The translations under genes were made by a program, and so were the position numbers. A DNA stretch of 64,000 nucleotides from Eledone cirrhosa (lineage: Eukaryota), in contig OZ024740.1 of the NCBI GenBank assembly GCA_964016885.1, positions 376,092,001 through 376,156,000 of the forward strand. The letters run 5' to 3'. Within the stretch, counting starts at the first letter, position 1. Each line of letters begins with the position of its first letter. This document shows, piece by piece, positions 41,487 through 61,839 of the stretch. Below the pieces are notes generated by a model. The model was given only the letters and a program-made list of their open reading frames with translations. It was not told the origin of the DNA and did not search any database.

Positions 41487-41490
<4 letters not shown>
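40520..41490 (-). mobile_element. 5'-truncated copy of the 12.4-15.1 kb PLE (EN plus 3' UTR; HHR at 40729-40771)
   Basis: TTPRGELAY, KIVERP, CIIC, CKARNIVYSIIC, HIGEKARSIGERLNEH; HHR GTCA-CTGAAGA-G-ATCACA-TAATG-TGTGAC-GAAA-GAAC-TT-TGAC. Confidence 0.9.
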
Positions 41491-41547
<57 letters not shown>

Positions 41548-44392
41548 TTACACATACATTAGGAAGAGTACTGACCTTTAAACAAAGCTGTAACTTAATA
41601 CATGTAAATTGATACATTTTATTCTGCTAAAACGGATAAAAGGAATCTTGAAGTCTTTCAATGATTATGAAAACCTTTGTAACGACAATGCAGCCACCAG
41701 TGTTGAAGACCAGAACTATTCCCCTCTGTCATACTGCTTGTTAAGTCATTGGTGCGAAATTTGAATTGGAAATAGACACATCAGGAAGAGATACTCCTAA
41801 GTATCTCGTCGCCCACTTTAGAAATTTGGCAAGTTTATAATTCTGGCCTTTTCTTATCGCAGCTGACTTAAAATAATAATATTGTCGAAAGGATAAAATG
41901 TAAAGAAGACCACAGGAGGTATTTCAAATCAGATCGCAGGAAGCGGAAATATTGCCGTAAATTATTCTATACAACGTTCTAACGCCGTTATCAATTTTGT
42001 TCGAACGTTACAAATAAGTAATAGATTTTTATAAACACAAAATATCGTGACTTAATTCAATCTGTTAGCCCGATCGCTCCTTTGTGCTTTCGCTAGTTGT
42101 GAAGTCGATTATGTAATTATTAATGTATTAGGTATAATTTACAATCAGTACAAACGTTTTACCATTGGTGTGATGTGTAAATTGAATACACTTTGTTATA
42201 CCTAAACGAATGTACTTTTTCATCTCTAGCCAATTGCGTAAACTCACAATATGATGTATTGGTTCTAACTTCTCTTCACCTATATCACATACCTGGGATA
42301 CAAATATATGGGCGGACTTTCTCTGAAAGAATAGCATATATGATTAAACATAGGTTAGCCAATGCTTATGTTTCTAACCCGGGAATCATGAAAAAGATCA
42401 TTTATATACATTTGTCCGTATAGATTCAGTTACACATCACCGTATTGAATATAAACTTGTGAGATGTATAAGGCATACATTAGTGTTCATTTCAATATAT
42501 CAATCAGATACTGATTATTATATCAATAAACAAATGTGTGTATGCGTTTCTGCGTTTCTAGGTGTATCCTGATGAAGTGTGTAGAATTTTGTTTGTACTG
42601 ATTTATAAGCGAAATCCATGCTGATTATCTTTAGATATTTAACAGGATTCAACCAAGAATGAATTGCTTGAATGTGTTTGCCCTCAGTGGCTCAATCTGC
42701 TTAGAACCTAAATGTATGTTCATTGGGTCAACGTATAGATGTTAGGCTTCAGCTGGACTTACATAGTTTTGGGACATTTTGCTCTAACATTTTTATCCGA
42801 GATAAAAATGTTAGAGCAAAATGCATTTATTCTCCATAATTTCAAAATGCTGCTTTATTTTAAAATAAAACAATCTCTAAATCTTAATCACTTAGAAATG
42901 CTGTTTTCTATCAAAATCAAACGATTCTGAATCATTTTAAAGATTTATCAACATTAAACAACATTAATTATAGGAAATTTTATTTAGTCGTTGTACTCAA
43001 TTAAACAATGCTTTGAAGTAACGTAACTTCTCGTGAATTTTCGTCTTAACATTTGCTGCTTTATAGCCCAATTTCTGAAATCTTTTCAACAGACAGACCA
43101 CTAAATTGATTTAATGAATGATTACTAGACAAAATTTGTCCACCTAAAATCATTATGGGATATCAGGTAATTGATAGGATGCATTAGTCCGTAACAGAAA
43201 CTTAACTATCCGAATGGATTATTTCATTAATGAAACCACGTCATACTATTTCAGATAATTTCAGATGAATACACGTGTATCGATATCAAAGTCATGATAC
43301 TTTGAAAGTAAAATTTGATTAGAAAATTATTAATATCCTGTTCAATATTTGCCATTCATCTTTTACAACACTTTGATTATAAGGATATAGGACATATTCT
43401 AAATATATTCCATGTTCATTTCCACTCGGCATATTAATTTATCATTCATACATTTCTCCTGTAGATATCTTTGATATTTTTCCTTTTGTTATAGTTGCAT
43501 CAATTCTAATAGTTACGCTACGTAGAATTATATACGAGTTGATGATATCTATAACTTAGAATGATTTGTATACCCTTATCTCTCTTTGAATTTTTTATTC
43601 TATTATAACTACCCTCCAATCTATCATATTTCTTTTTCTGGTCATGTGTGCACATAAATGCCTACATGTATATATGTATGTTGTGTATGTTTATAACGTT
43701 AGAAAATATATATTTCTTATAATTCATACTTCAAAGTTATCACATGCTTTTCAACAGAAAGCAAATGGAATGGTATATAGGCGGTGAACTGAGCTTTATT
43801 GTCCAGATATTGGGTTGGACGGGTTGGAAAACGCACGGACTGGTTTAATCATAATGGCTTCATGTAATTCCAGTTTTTTATTTCCTAATGGTGCTTTCTT
43901 TGATAAATATATTTACGTTAAAAGGATCGCATTTCCAAGAACGTATCCTATGAAGAATAAAATCGGTCTTAAAAGAGATTTTTTATAGTAATAAAACAGG
44001 TTTTATATGACAAACATTATATTTAATTTATCAAAATGCAAATACCAATGAAGCATATCGAAGACGTAATGGTAAATCTCTGAAAAAAATATGTAATTAT
44101 AAACCTTTAGTTTTGAGAAAAATATATGTAAATGAATGCCGAGAAAATGCATATGAATAAATGTGTATTGAAAGAGTGGGTGTAAATAAGCATTTTATTA
44201 AGGAGTACTTCCCTTCTTTAAATACGGTGATTTTTTTTGTGTGCAAACAGACCCAACGTTGATCACGTACATGATGAAATCCCCCCAAAATTCTTCATTC
44301 AGTCACGTATGATGAAGTTTGAGCTCGCAGACACACAAACACGTATGTATAAATTTATATATTCATATGTATGTATGTGTATATATATATAT

Positions 44393-44433
<41 letters not shown>

Positions 44434-44439
44434 TATATT

Positions 44440-44495
<56 letters not shown>

Positions 44496-44504
44496 TATAT
44501 ATAT

Positions 44505-45060
44505 AAGGTAAGTTATTCCGAGTTGAATCGGAGGTAACCACAGTAAATAAGGTACTCAATACATAGCAGAGTATAGAAGTGTTAATATAGAAGAGATTAT
44601 ACAGGACTAGAACTGTTTTATTCGTGAGAAATCATCAGGAATCTGACTTTCCAAGTAAATATGGTGGTATTTATAACTTTTCTGGTGCTAGGAGAGGGTG
44701 GGGAGTGGGATGGGTGGAGCTCATTGTTTGAAAGAAAAGAGAATTCATTAAAAGCTAATTCTTAAAGCTATAATTTTTATTTAGAGTTACAAAGGCAGAC
44801 AAAATTCTATAAACAAGTTCAAATTGGAGTGCCACACCTTATTTTTAAGTTTCTCTTAAGCTAACAATGCCTATATTTCAGGTGCCTATAAGATGTTTGG
44901 GAGTCAGTCATGGTTGATGTTTTTAAAGAAAGGGGAATTCTTTAAAAGCTAATTCTTTAAAGCTTTACTTAGAGTGACAATGGCAGAAAGAATTCTATAA
45001 ACAAGTTCAAATTTTGTGTGCCTCTCCTTATTGTTAAGTCTCTCTTAAGCTATATTTCAG
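44505..45060 (-). mobile_element. Non-coding pLTR-like remnant (also ~9030-9110) with CTGATGA motif and internal ~140-bp duplication
   Basis: ACAGGACTAGAA...AATCATCAGGAA shared between 9069-9108 and 44601-44641; 44735-44881 resembles 44925-45060. Confidence 0.55.
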
Positions 45061-45120
45061 TTGTCTACAAACACATTCACACACACGCAGATAAATATAT
45101 ATACATATATATATATATAT

Positions 45121-45330
45121 AAAGAAGGAAATGTGGTAAGGAACCAGGTGGATAATAACGCACCAAAGTACTCAATACTTAGGGTAGTAGAGTGGGTAAT
45201 AGGAACGAGTAGGACCCCGACGGCTGAGCTCAAGCCGTTTCGACGGCTAATTCTGGACTAACATGTTTTTGTCCAGAATTAGCTGTCGAAACGGCTTGAG
45301 CTCAGCCGTCGGGGTCCTACTCGTTCCTAT
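45121..45330. mobile_element. Family X fold-back mini-element
   Basis: Near-perfect ~60-bp arms 45199-45258 / 45271-45330 containing GAAA-CGGCTTGAGCTCAGCCG-TC-GGGGTC. Confidence 0.8.
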
Positions 45331-45367
45331 ATATATTTCTAGTCCTATAGAATCTCTTCTATATTGA

Positions 45368-45471
<104 letters not shown>

Positions 45472-45886
45472 AAATATATTAATTCTTTATAATTATCTCC
45501 AAATTATTTGTCGAGCAATATTGGCCATGACTGCTGCTATGGTAGTAGGCAGGCCGCTGTCTTATTAGCAAACCACTTTCCACTGATTGACCTCGATGAC
45601 ACGTGTTTGATTCTTTTTGAATTTGCCACAGACGCAGAGGCAGTGATTTTCTCAATGGCTAGGAATTCAGTCCACGCTTTGCTATTTCCTATCCACTGAA
45701 TAATTTTCTAATAAGTTTCCAGAGTCCTCGCTTTGCCTGGAAACTTAGATGAGAATAGACTTCCCTGACGACGGAATGTTTCTCTGTATATTCTTCGGAA
45801 ATATATATTTGCTCCATTCCAGAAACTAATTAGTTGGAAGTGATATTTTAGTAAGTAAGTTAATTTTATAATTTTCTTATTTTACG

Positions 45887-45936
<50 letters not shown>

Positions 45937-46236
45937 CAGACGAACCAGAGCTACACCATACGTTAAAGGCTAAATACACTGAGACGATGGTTAAACCGTC
46001 ACCCGCACAACCATAGAAACGACCAAGTAATTCGGGCCAAACAAATAAAAAAATATGTGATTGAAAAAATTTACCCGGACCCCTGGATGGTTGGTAAAAT
46101 CCAGCATTTGTGTTTCTGCGACTCCTAAATCAAGTACTGTCCGCTTAGACAAATAATATTAGGCTTCTGGTAAGATGATTGAACAAGGAAGTCACTTGCT
46201 CAACAGGTTTTAGTTCAAGTGCCAGGCAAATGAATG

Positions 46237-46320
<84 letters not shown>

Positions 46321-46370
46321 CATTGTCCACCTGGTATTTTACCACAGCCATCTGATATATATATATATAT

Positions 46371-48357
<1,987 letters not shown>

Positions 48358-48422
48358 GTATATGTTGATTTAACACTTCACTGCTCGCAAGTGTTTTTTA
48401 AGCTTCATATCATGTCTCCCTA

Positions 48423-48488
48423 TTTTATCTGATGAGAACGCAAATATCATCCCATGATGATATTTGTTTTTGAAATGCGCATAATTAA
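48423..48488 (+). ncRNA. Type I hammerhead motif
   Basis: TTTTAT-CTGATGA-GAACGCAAATATCATC-CCAT-GATGATATTTGTTTTT-GAAA-TGCGCA-TA-ATTAAG. Confidence 0.72.
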
Positions 48489-48878
48489 GTACATGGAACT
48501 CTTTTAACCAACTTTTGATCTTATATTATATATATATATATATATGTATCTATCTCTCTCTATATATATATATATAAAACAATCACTTCACTTGCAGTGT
48601 TAAAATATTTTATGATTTATTGTTATAATATAATATTATAACATTATGAGTTGCTAGATCCAGTAAGTTCTTTTTTAACTTCGATGGGAAGAATTTTAGA
48701 GATTCCTGGTTAACTTTGGTTGGAGAACTTTCTGGCATTCGTCTGTCTGTGGCGATTGTAAAACTGAAATCAGGTTGTGTTGAAATTTGTGACTATATAT
48801 GCGAGAGATTTGGATGTCTCTGGGGTGTGGCGTGTGGTGTTAATGAGTGTTGATGAAGATGAAGTTCCTGAGGAATTA

Positions 48879-48966
<88 letters not shown>

Positions 48967-49485
48967 TCACTCAGAAAATGGTGAGATTGTAAGATAAGGG
49001 TGTTTGAGAAGGTAGCCATAAACCTACTCTCCTGCTGGTTTTATTTCATTAGCTGACCTTTGCTGAATTTATAATGGCATAGCTGAATCAACTCTTCTCT
49101 TCCAAATCCACAAGGAATATATTCTACTGATTTCTATATCAAAGATGAATTTAGGTATTTGTCTGGGTTTTAATGAGGTGTAAGATACATGTCTTTTGAT
49201 AAGAATGTGATGACAGGAAGAAGAGAAAAGAAGGATAGTTTGGGAATATTTGTCAAAGAAGTGTTGTTGATATTAGTCTGGGAGAGCAAGTGTGGGGGGA
49301 CATGCTGGCTCACATATTCACTACCTTATATGTAAATGTTTCTACAGTCCATATATACTACATACAAACATATATCAACTCACATATACACACACACATA
49401 TATATATATATATATACACACACATACAAACGCATACACACCCATACACATATACATATACACATATATATATACACACACACAT

Positions 49486-49551
<66 letters not shown>

Positions 49552-49576
49552 ACACATATATCTATATATATTAAAA

Positions 49577-49862
49577 AAGTAAAGTCTAAAGTCTGTCTTA
49601 AGCCAGGAGGCTCATTTGGCCGGTGCTTATCCTGGTTTCATGGCGTGAAGCGACTGAGAGTACAAGACAGCCCCCTGGACAGGACGCCAGTCCATCGCAG
49701 GGTTAATTGCTGGTACTCATTGTCAGCTGAGTATAGTGGAGCAACGTGAAATGAAGTGTTTTGCTCAAGAACACAACACGCAACCCACGATTCGAACCCA
49801 CGATTCGAGCCCACGATATTATAATCGTAAGTCCAACACACTTACCAGTAGATGACGTGCCT
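49577..49862 (-). mobile_element. tRNA-derived SINE with V-domain-like segment
   Basis: B-box GGTTCGAATC (locally duplicated), GTGTTCTTGAGCAAAACACTT, CCTGCGATGGACTGGCGTCCTGTCCAGGGG, (ACTTT)-type tail. Confidence 0.75.
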
Positions 49863-50522
49863 ATATCATATATATATATACATATATATATATATACAGA
49901 CACATATATACACACACATATACGTACACATACCTGCACATATATACACACACACATACATATACACGCATATATAAACACACACAAATGTTATATATAT
50001 TTTATACACATATATATACATACACCAAACACATATATACATATTATGCAAACACACACATATATATATATATATTTATATATATAAACACGCATACACG
50101 CACACGCACATACCCACATATATATGTCTATATATACATACACAAACACACACACACACACACACACACACATACCACCACCCCACTCTCAAGAGCGTGA
50201 AACAAATAAACATTTGCTCGTACAGCATCTCTGTTTTGTTCCCGTTCAACTTTTCACTATATATATATATATATATATATATCTTATACATACATACACA
50301 TACATACTAAACATACATATATATTATACTATACATATCCTGTACATACACATATATATACACACACACACACATACACACACATATATATATATATATA
50401 TATATTTACATATAAATATCTAACATACGTTCAAATATTTATTTTTTACATACATACATATACATATATACTTACGTATATATATCTTGATATATACACA
50501 CATATATATATATATACACACT

Positions 50523-50599
<77 letters not shown>

Positions 50600-50740
50600 T
50601 ATACATCCCATACGTACACATACATATATTTCAAACACATACATATATACATACATATACATCACATATACACAGAAACATATATTTTTTTCCTACAAAC
50701 ATATACATACATATATATATACACATATCATATACAAACC

Positions 50741-50786
<46 letters not shown>

Positions 50787-51406
50787 CTCATATACCATAC
50801 ATATTTTTTATATACACACCATATATATCCTATACATATATCCCACACATTTATCATATACATCCTATATACACTATACATATCCTACAGACATATTATA
50901 TATATCTCCCACATATATACACACATACATACACACATATATATCTATCTATATATATATATATATATATTGGAAAATGTGTGTAATCCTTGGTACAGTT
51001 AGGTATATTAAGACAGGGGGGAAGAAAAAATGGCTTCACTTGTGCTTTCAACAAATTTATTTTCTTCACAAAATCCCAAAAGAATTTTTTTCAGGATTAG
51101 AAAGAAATTTTTTTTCTTTCTTAAAAAAAATTATTTTATAAATTAAGTTAGGTCTTAGGAGTTCTTGGTTAACGTAGGAGGTATTGTTTCGTTTTTAGAA
51201 CGACCTTTCACGCTGAGGTGCGCTTGTCAAACTGATGTGTATGTGGTGTGTTGTTATATATATAGGGATTTAGCATGTCTGTGGTGTGGTGGGGATTTTT
51301 TCTCCCCTTTTTAATAAGTGTATGGGTGTAGGTGTGTTGAAAAAGTGAAGAAAATAAATTTGTTGAAAGCACAAGTGAAGCCATTTTTTCTTAATATATA
51401 TGTTTT

Positions 51407-51439
<33 letters not shown>

Positions 51440-51635
51440 TTCCCATATACACACACACATATATTCTATACATACACACATACATATACACACACATATA
51501 TACATACACACACACACGCACATACATATACTTACACTCTCTCTCTCTCTCTATATATATATATATCTTCTATATACATATATATATATATATAAATACA
51601 TATATATATATATATAAATACATATATCCCTTCTG

Positions 51636-51714
<79 letters not shown>

Positions 51715-52200
51715 CTGCTTATATATGTATATATATATATCCCTTCTGCTTATATAGATATATATATATTCTCCACACATTTTATATACGCATACATACA
51801 CGTATATATATATTTTCCATACAAACACATTGTATACCTCCTACATATATATTTTTTTTTACATATACATATACATATAAATATATCATACACATATCCA
51901 TACATATATACACACACATATACACATACATATACATACATATTTATCTCACACATACGTACGTGCATACATACATACATACATAAATATACACACACAT
52001 ATATGCACACATACGCATAAACATGTACACATATATCTGTATACCTACAGGTACATATATAAAAAAAGTTAACCAGGAATCTCTAAAATTCTTCCCACCT
52101 AAGTTAACAAAGATCTTACTGGATCTACCAAATCATAATATATAATATTATATTATATTATAATATAACATGATATATTATATTATATTATAACATTAAA

Positions 52201-52385
52201 GGTTGGGTGAATTGACAGTATCGGTAGAGAGTCGGAGGCCTTACTTTTACGCAGAGTCATGGCCCTTGCCATTCTAAGTTCTATTCCCGCCGAGGTTAAC
52301 TTTGCCTTTCATCCTTATGATGTCGATAAAATAAAGTACCAGTAATATACTGATAATTGCTGGCCATGTGCCAAAAGTAGAAATA
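52201..52385 (+). mobile_element. SINE (same family as 22.5-23.0 kb) with ~19-bp target-site duplication
   Basis: Core TTTGCCTTTCATCCTT...GTCGATAAAATAAAGTACCAG; ATTATATTATAACATTAAA at 52182-52200 and 52386-52404. Confidence 0.85.
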
Positions 52386-52562
52386 ATTATATTATAACAT
52401 TAAATCATGAAAATGTTTAACACATTGAAGTCATTCTTTTCCTTTTCCTTCAAATATATATATGTGTGTGTGTGTATGTATATATATATATATGTATACA
52501 TAAAATATTAAAAGAATAATGAATAAAACAATGAAACAGTTCCTTATATTAAACAAAAAAAG

Positions 52563-52716
52563 TTCATTATTTAACGATCGTTTCTAGGATATATATGTGT
52601 TAGAATTGGCATGTATATTCAACAGATCTATGTACAAAATTATACAAAATTATACAAACTATCAAAATTAAATATACATACCAACACATATATATGCCGT
52701 CTTCAGAAATAATGAA
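52563..52716 (-). ncRNA. Type I hammerhead with long stem II (Naiad-like C)
   Basis: 10-bp stem I TTCATTATTT/AAATAATGAA; CTGAAGA; stem II CGGCATATATATGTGTTGG/CTAACACATATATATCCTA; GAAA-CGATCG-TT. Confidence 0.82.
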
Positions 52717-53275
52717 ATATATTTATTGATAATAACAACAATTCAAAATTACAGGTCTGTTTGGGAACAGAGTTCAAATTGACCAATGAAAACACAAAAA
52801 GTTTATACAGTTAGGTGTGTGTATATATGTAAGTAACTTCGTTCACAGATATGCATAAAAATATATGTTCACATGCATACGCATGCCGAAAAGATGTATG
52901 TAAATACAAAAATTCAGGGCTAATGTCTCTGTATGTTTATAATCTACAGATAAAATACATATACGCATATAAACATATAAATATAAAAATAAATATATAC
53001 ACATTCATATACTCACACATATACATACATTCACACACACACGCGCGTATACGCATAAACATGCACACAACCACGAACATACATACACACACACACCCCC
53101 ACACACATATATGTGTATATACTATTATCATAAGCATATGGACATTAATGCGCGCACATAAACACTGCCACACATATTTAGATCCAGATACAGAAAGTAG
53201 GTGGGGGGGAGAAGAGGTAAGTATTTACTGGTGTCAGCAAACTGCCTATTTATAAATGTATCTATAAATTTAGAA

Positions 53276-53415
53276 ATAAAAAGAAAAAGAAAAAGAAAAA
53301 GAAAAAGAAAAAGAAAAAGAAAAAGAAAAAGAAAAAAAGAAAAAGAAAAAGAAAAAGAAAAAGAAAAAGAAAAAGAAAAAGAAAAAGAAAAAGAAAAAGA
53401 AAAAGAAAAAGAAAA
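53276..53415. repeat. (GAAAAA)n hexanucleotide microsatellite
   Basis: Direct reading. Confidence 0.95.
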
Positions 53416-53465
53416 ATATATATATATATATAAACAAGTAAAATATAAAATATACATCGATATAC

Positions 53466-53532
<67 letters not shown>

Positions 53533-53723
53533 CATATACATACACATATACATAAACACATACATACACATACATATACATACACATACCATATATATAC
53601 ACATACACATACACACACGCATACATATAGAGACACATACATATACACATATAAATACATAGACATATACATATATACACACATATATATATATACACAC
53701 ATACATATATACATACATTCACA

Positions 53724-53780
<57 letters not shown>

Positions 53781-53943
53781 TCTATACACATATATAAACA
53801 CACTCATGTATATACACATATACACATACATACCCACACATATATATATATACACACATACACACACACATATACACATGCACATATACAAAGATATATA
53901 TATATATATACACACACATATATAATAAATATATATATATATA

Positions 53944-54006
53944 CAAGGGCGGTGCCCCAGCATGGCCTCAGCCGGATGGCTGAAACAGGTAAAAGAGTAA
54001 AAGAGT
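53944..54006 (+). mobile_element. SINE/LINE 3'-tail fragment (octopus-type)
   Basis: GGCGGTGCCCCAGCATGGCC...CTGAAACAGGTAAAAGAGTAAAAGAGTA with a short tandem tail, recalled as typical of Octopus retroposons; not verified by search. Confidence 0.6.
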
Positions 54007-54322
54007 ATATATATACATATATATACACATATACATATACATACATATATATACATACTCATACATAGACATACATATATACACACACACATACACACAT
54101 ACATATACGCATATATACACATACATACACATCCATGTATGCGTATACACATACAAACACAACCACACGTTCACACAACTCAGACATACATAAATAAAGG
54201 GATATACATACACATATATACATATATAAATAGAGATATATATACACATATAAATATATACACACATACACACACACACACATATACATACACACACATA
54301 CATACATACATATATATACACA

Positions 54323-54362
<40 letters not shown>

Positions 54363-54438
54363 TATAAAAATAAAGAAATAAAATAAATAAATAAATTAAT
54401 ACACACAGTCAGACAAATATGCACACACATACATATAC

Positions 54439-54509
<71 letters not shown>

Positions 54510-54558
54510 CATATACATACACATATATATACACATACACACATCAACTACAAATATG

Positions 54559-54589
<31 letters not shown>

Positions 54590-54703
54590 TCACATATACA
54601 TGCGCATATACGTACATATATACACATAGAGACATATACACATAGACGTATTTATGCGCATACATATACATACACACATATACCCACATAAATACATAGA
54701 TAC

Positions 54704-54772
<69 letters not shown>

Positions 54773-55422
54773 ATCATACACCCTTATTTACATGCGCACA
54801 TATGTATTTTTATACTCACATACAAACACCCAAACATACATACCTACCTACATATACATACATACATCCACGCTTACAAATACAAATAATAATAGGGGGA
54901 GAGGGGAGGGGATTATAGTAAATATAGGTTTCAAGAAACATAGAATATTAATCTGCATTTAGATCATAATATGTGTTTACATAGTAGTTTCAGTATTAGA
55001 AAATGTAAGAAAGAAGGCAAAATTATGCATTTTAATATAAGTAGACTATTAATTATATGTTAACTAAATTAAAGATAGTTAATATATTGATTTCTAAGGT
55101 GTATACTACTTAGGTTTATAATATTTGAAGCGGAATTTTGAAGTTAAATAGTAGTAGAATATTAATTATAGTATAACTAAATTAAAATTATTAACGTTAT
55201 GGTATCAATATTAGGAAATGAATTTAGTAATAGGGAAAAAAAAAACAAATAAAGTATTACATCGGTAGTAGAATATAAATTATAGGTTAACTAAATTAAA
55301 AATTATATATTAATTTCTATAGTATATGTTAATTAGGTTTATAATAATTAAAACAGATATTGTATTTTATCTATAGTAGAATATAATTATAGGTAAACAA
55401 AAATTAAAATTAATATATACAC

Positions 55423-55507
<85 letters not shown>

Positions 55508-55973
55508 CATATTTTTTCAAAAATTGCAAAGAATATATTAACTAGGTATACATCCAAAACCTATCTCAGTCTATGATTACATGACACTCTGCAATCCATC
55601 TGTATTAGGATTTTAATTTTAAGCCAATTAAATTAAATTTTTAGGTTAACCAAATTAAAACCAAATTATAAATATATTTCTAAATTGTACATTAATTAGG
55701 TCTATAATATTAAAAAATATTTCTCTGTCATTGAATACGCGATATTTTGTTATATTTTATCTGTAAAGGCATTTTAATAAAAGGTTAAATAAATTAAAAT
55801 TAATCTATAAATTAATTTACAAAGTATATATTAGTAATATTTAAAAGTTTTTTCACAATTTATGATTACACAATATTTTATAATCTCATCTGTAGTAGAA
55901 TTTTAATTAAATTAAATGTATAGGTTAACTAACATTTAAATTAAATTATATATTAATTTCTAAAATAATGTTA

Positions 55974-58016
55974 TTAATTAGGTTTATAATATTTAAATGT
56001 TTTTCTTAGTTTATGATTACACGATATAATTAATTCCTGTCGTTTATTTAATAGGATATCGTTAGATTTCATTATTTCAAATAGTTCTTGGGAACATAAT
56101 CTACATTCATTTCTATTATTTTGATAAGGGGTGGCTCTTTTGAGCACACTCCAGGTCATATCATATTCTATATTCTTATTTTTATAAATATTGATTTTTT
56201 CTGCTAGAGATGTTGTATTAGCCAGTGCGGCATTTTTAAAACTATGTTTGTGGGTATTAAACCTTACCTTAAAAATTGTTAGAAGTAGCTCCTATATATG
56301 AGCAAATAGAATCTTTAGTTTTAACATTACATTTATAAACTATGTTGTTAACAAGACAATTTCCTTTTAATGGGCAGTTTGCTTTGTTTCTACAGTTACA
56401 ACCTTTCGTTAATTCTGTATTTGAGGAGATATTATGGTTAGTTTGATGTATTGGTGGTATACTTATGGTATTCTTACATTTATATGCATTATAGGCACTT
56501 ATATTTTGTTTTATGTTATTGGTTGTTGAGTATGAGAATTTAACTGTAGACCTATTTAAGATTTGATGGTATTTGTGGTTTGGCGGGAAGTTTTTCTCTA
56601 GGATATAAAAAAATTTTTTAGCAATATTATCCTTAATTTATAAATTAAATGGAGCATTATACCAAGTAACTCGTCTATTACGGTTTCTATGTTGTTTATT
56701 ATTTGTATAGGTTGTATCGTGATGTTTACTAGGAGGATTAATGTTAATGATCTCACCACGCACATTTTTAGTTAGATTTATAGATTTAGGTGTTTTATCT
56801 TGTTTATTAGGAGTTTTATTATTAACATTTATTAGAGTTGTATGATGAGTAGTTTTTTGAGAGTTACTATACTTTATATTAGAAGAGTTGTTGGTATTTT
56901 GGGGTATAGTGTGGGTGGCATTTAGGTGTCTACTTTTCATTTGGTGTTTGTTGGTAATATTAGGTTGTATGTTTATAGTATTTTTAGTAGAAGGTATATA
57001 TTCTAATCAATTTTTGTGGCCACTTCTATCTAGAGCTTCGTTATAGAAGGTCGCATTTTTATCAAATACATCTTGGTTAGAAGAAAGGTTAGACATTCTA
57101 AGTGATATATTATATGCAAGGTTTTTAAGGATAGATTTAGGGTGATTAGATTGTGAGTGTATGTAGTGTAAGTTTTGGTTGGGTTTATGGTAAGGTTGGT
57201 AGATACCCGTAGCTAAGTTTAAAGTTATATCTAGGAAATTTACTACTTTACTTGTTTTTTCAAAAGTAATATGAAGACTATAATAGTCTTTAAGGAAAGT
57301 TCTAATATGCTTTTTGTTTTTTTCTATTTCTGAAAGGCTAAGGTTGTTGGAAAGAAGAAGACAGTCATCACGATATAAACCACCTTTAAGGTGGGGAAAG
57401 GAGGCATTTATGTTGAAAAGGAGAAAGAGGCCCACAAGATCAGTAATTTGGGCGGAATCGCTTGAACCCATAGTAATATCAAATAGATTACTATATGTGT
57501 TTCTGGTCCAGTATTCATTCTGAAATTCAATAAGTGTTAGTCTAGCATGTGTAATAATATTAATGTCATCCAAAGTTAAGTTAGATCTATTTTTAGCAAA
57601 TATCAATGCTTTGTTCAGGAGTATAGGTGATATAGAAGAATAGTAATTATCTATATCAAATTGTAGAAATGAAGCAGAAGATTTACATCTAATATTTTTA
57701 AACCAGTTAATTACCTGGGAAGTGTTTTCCCAGAGTGGTAAATTAACGTGTTTTCTTATTTGTGGGATGACTCTATCCAAAATTTTTTTGCTAATTATTC
57801 CAATATCAGATTTGGAGGGACATAAGTCTTATAGAAGGATTTGAGTTAAAGTTTGATTTATGATCCTTCAGGTTGAAGTGTGGTCTTTTCAATGCCAAAG
57901 GTTCAGTTCTATCTTCAATGTTTAGTTTTTTTAGTATGTTGTGTGTTTTGTTGTTGATGTTGGTGAGTGACGCATTATTAGATTTTTTATAATTTTTCCT
58001 GAGTTCTTTATATATG
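55974..58016 (-). pseudogene. Naiad-like C RT-GIY-YIG ORF, lightly disrupted
   Basis: NLKDHKSNF, QFDIDNYY, GGLYRDDC, NFLDITL, PYHKPN, TWYNAPF, CNC-x-CPL-x-C, YIGAT, CRLCSQE. Confidence 0.94.
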
Positions 58017-61838
<3,822 letters not shown>

Positions 61839-61839
61839 G

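Larger units (their letters stand above)
48590..52432. repeat. Diverged inverted repeats (48590-48717 vs 52064-52432) enclosing degenerate microsatellite DNA
   Basis: TGGGAAGAATTTTAGAGATTCCTGGTTAACTTT vs AAAGTTAACCAGGAATCTCTAAAATTCTTCCCA; right arm interrupted by a SINE. Confidence 0.65.
52500..58016 (-). mobile_element. Penelope-like element, Naiad-like family C, 5' truncated, ~3.5-kb microsatellite-rich 3' UTR
   Basis: ORF remnants 55974-58016; terminal HHR; 3' UTR landmarks shared with 59767-61820 and 61840-64000. Confidence 0.9.

Noticed and set aside
42569-42620. CTGATGA...GCGAAA hammerhead-like motif
   Set aside because: Cleavage position is G, stem I is unconvincing and there is no second copy in the window.
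45490-45860. GC-richer segment ending near GTAAGT donor-like sites
   Set aside because: No long open frame or identifiable homology.
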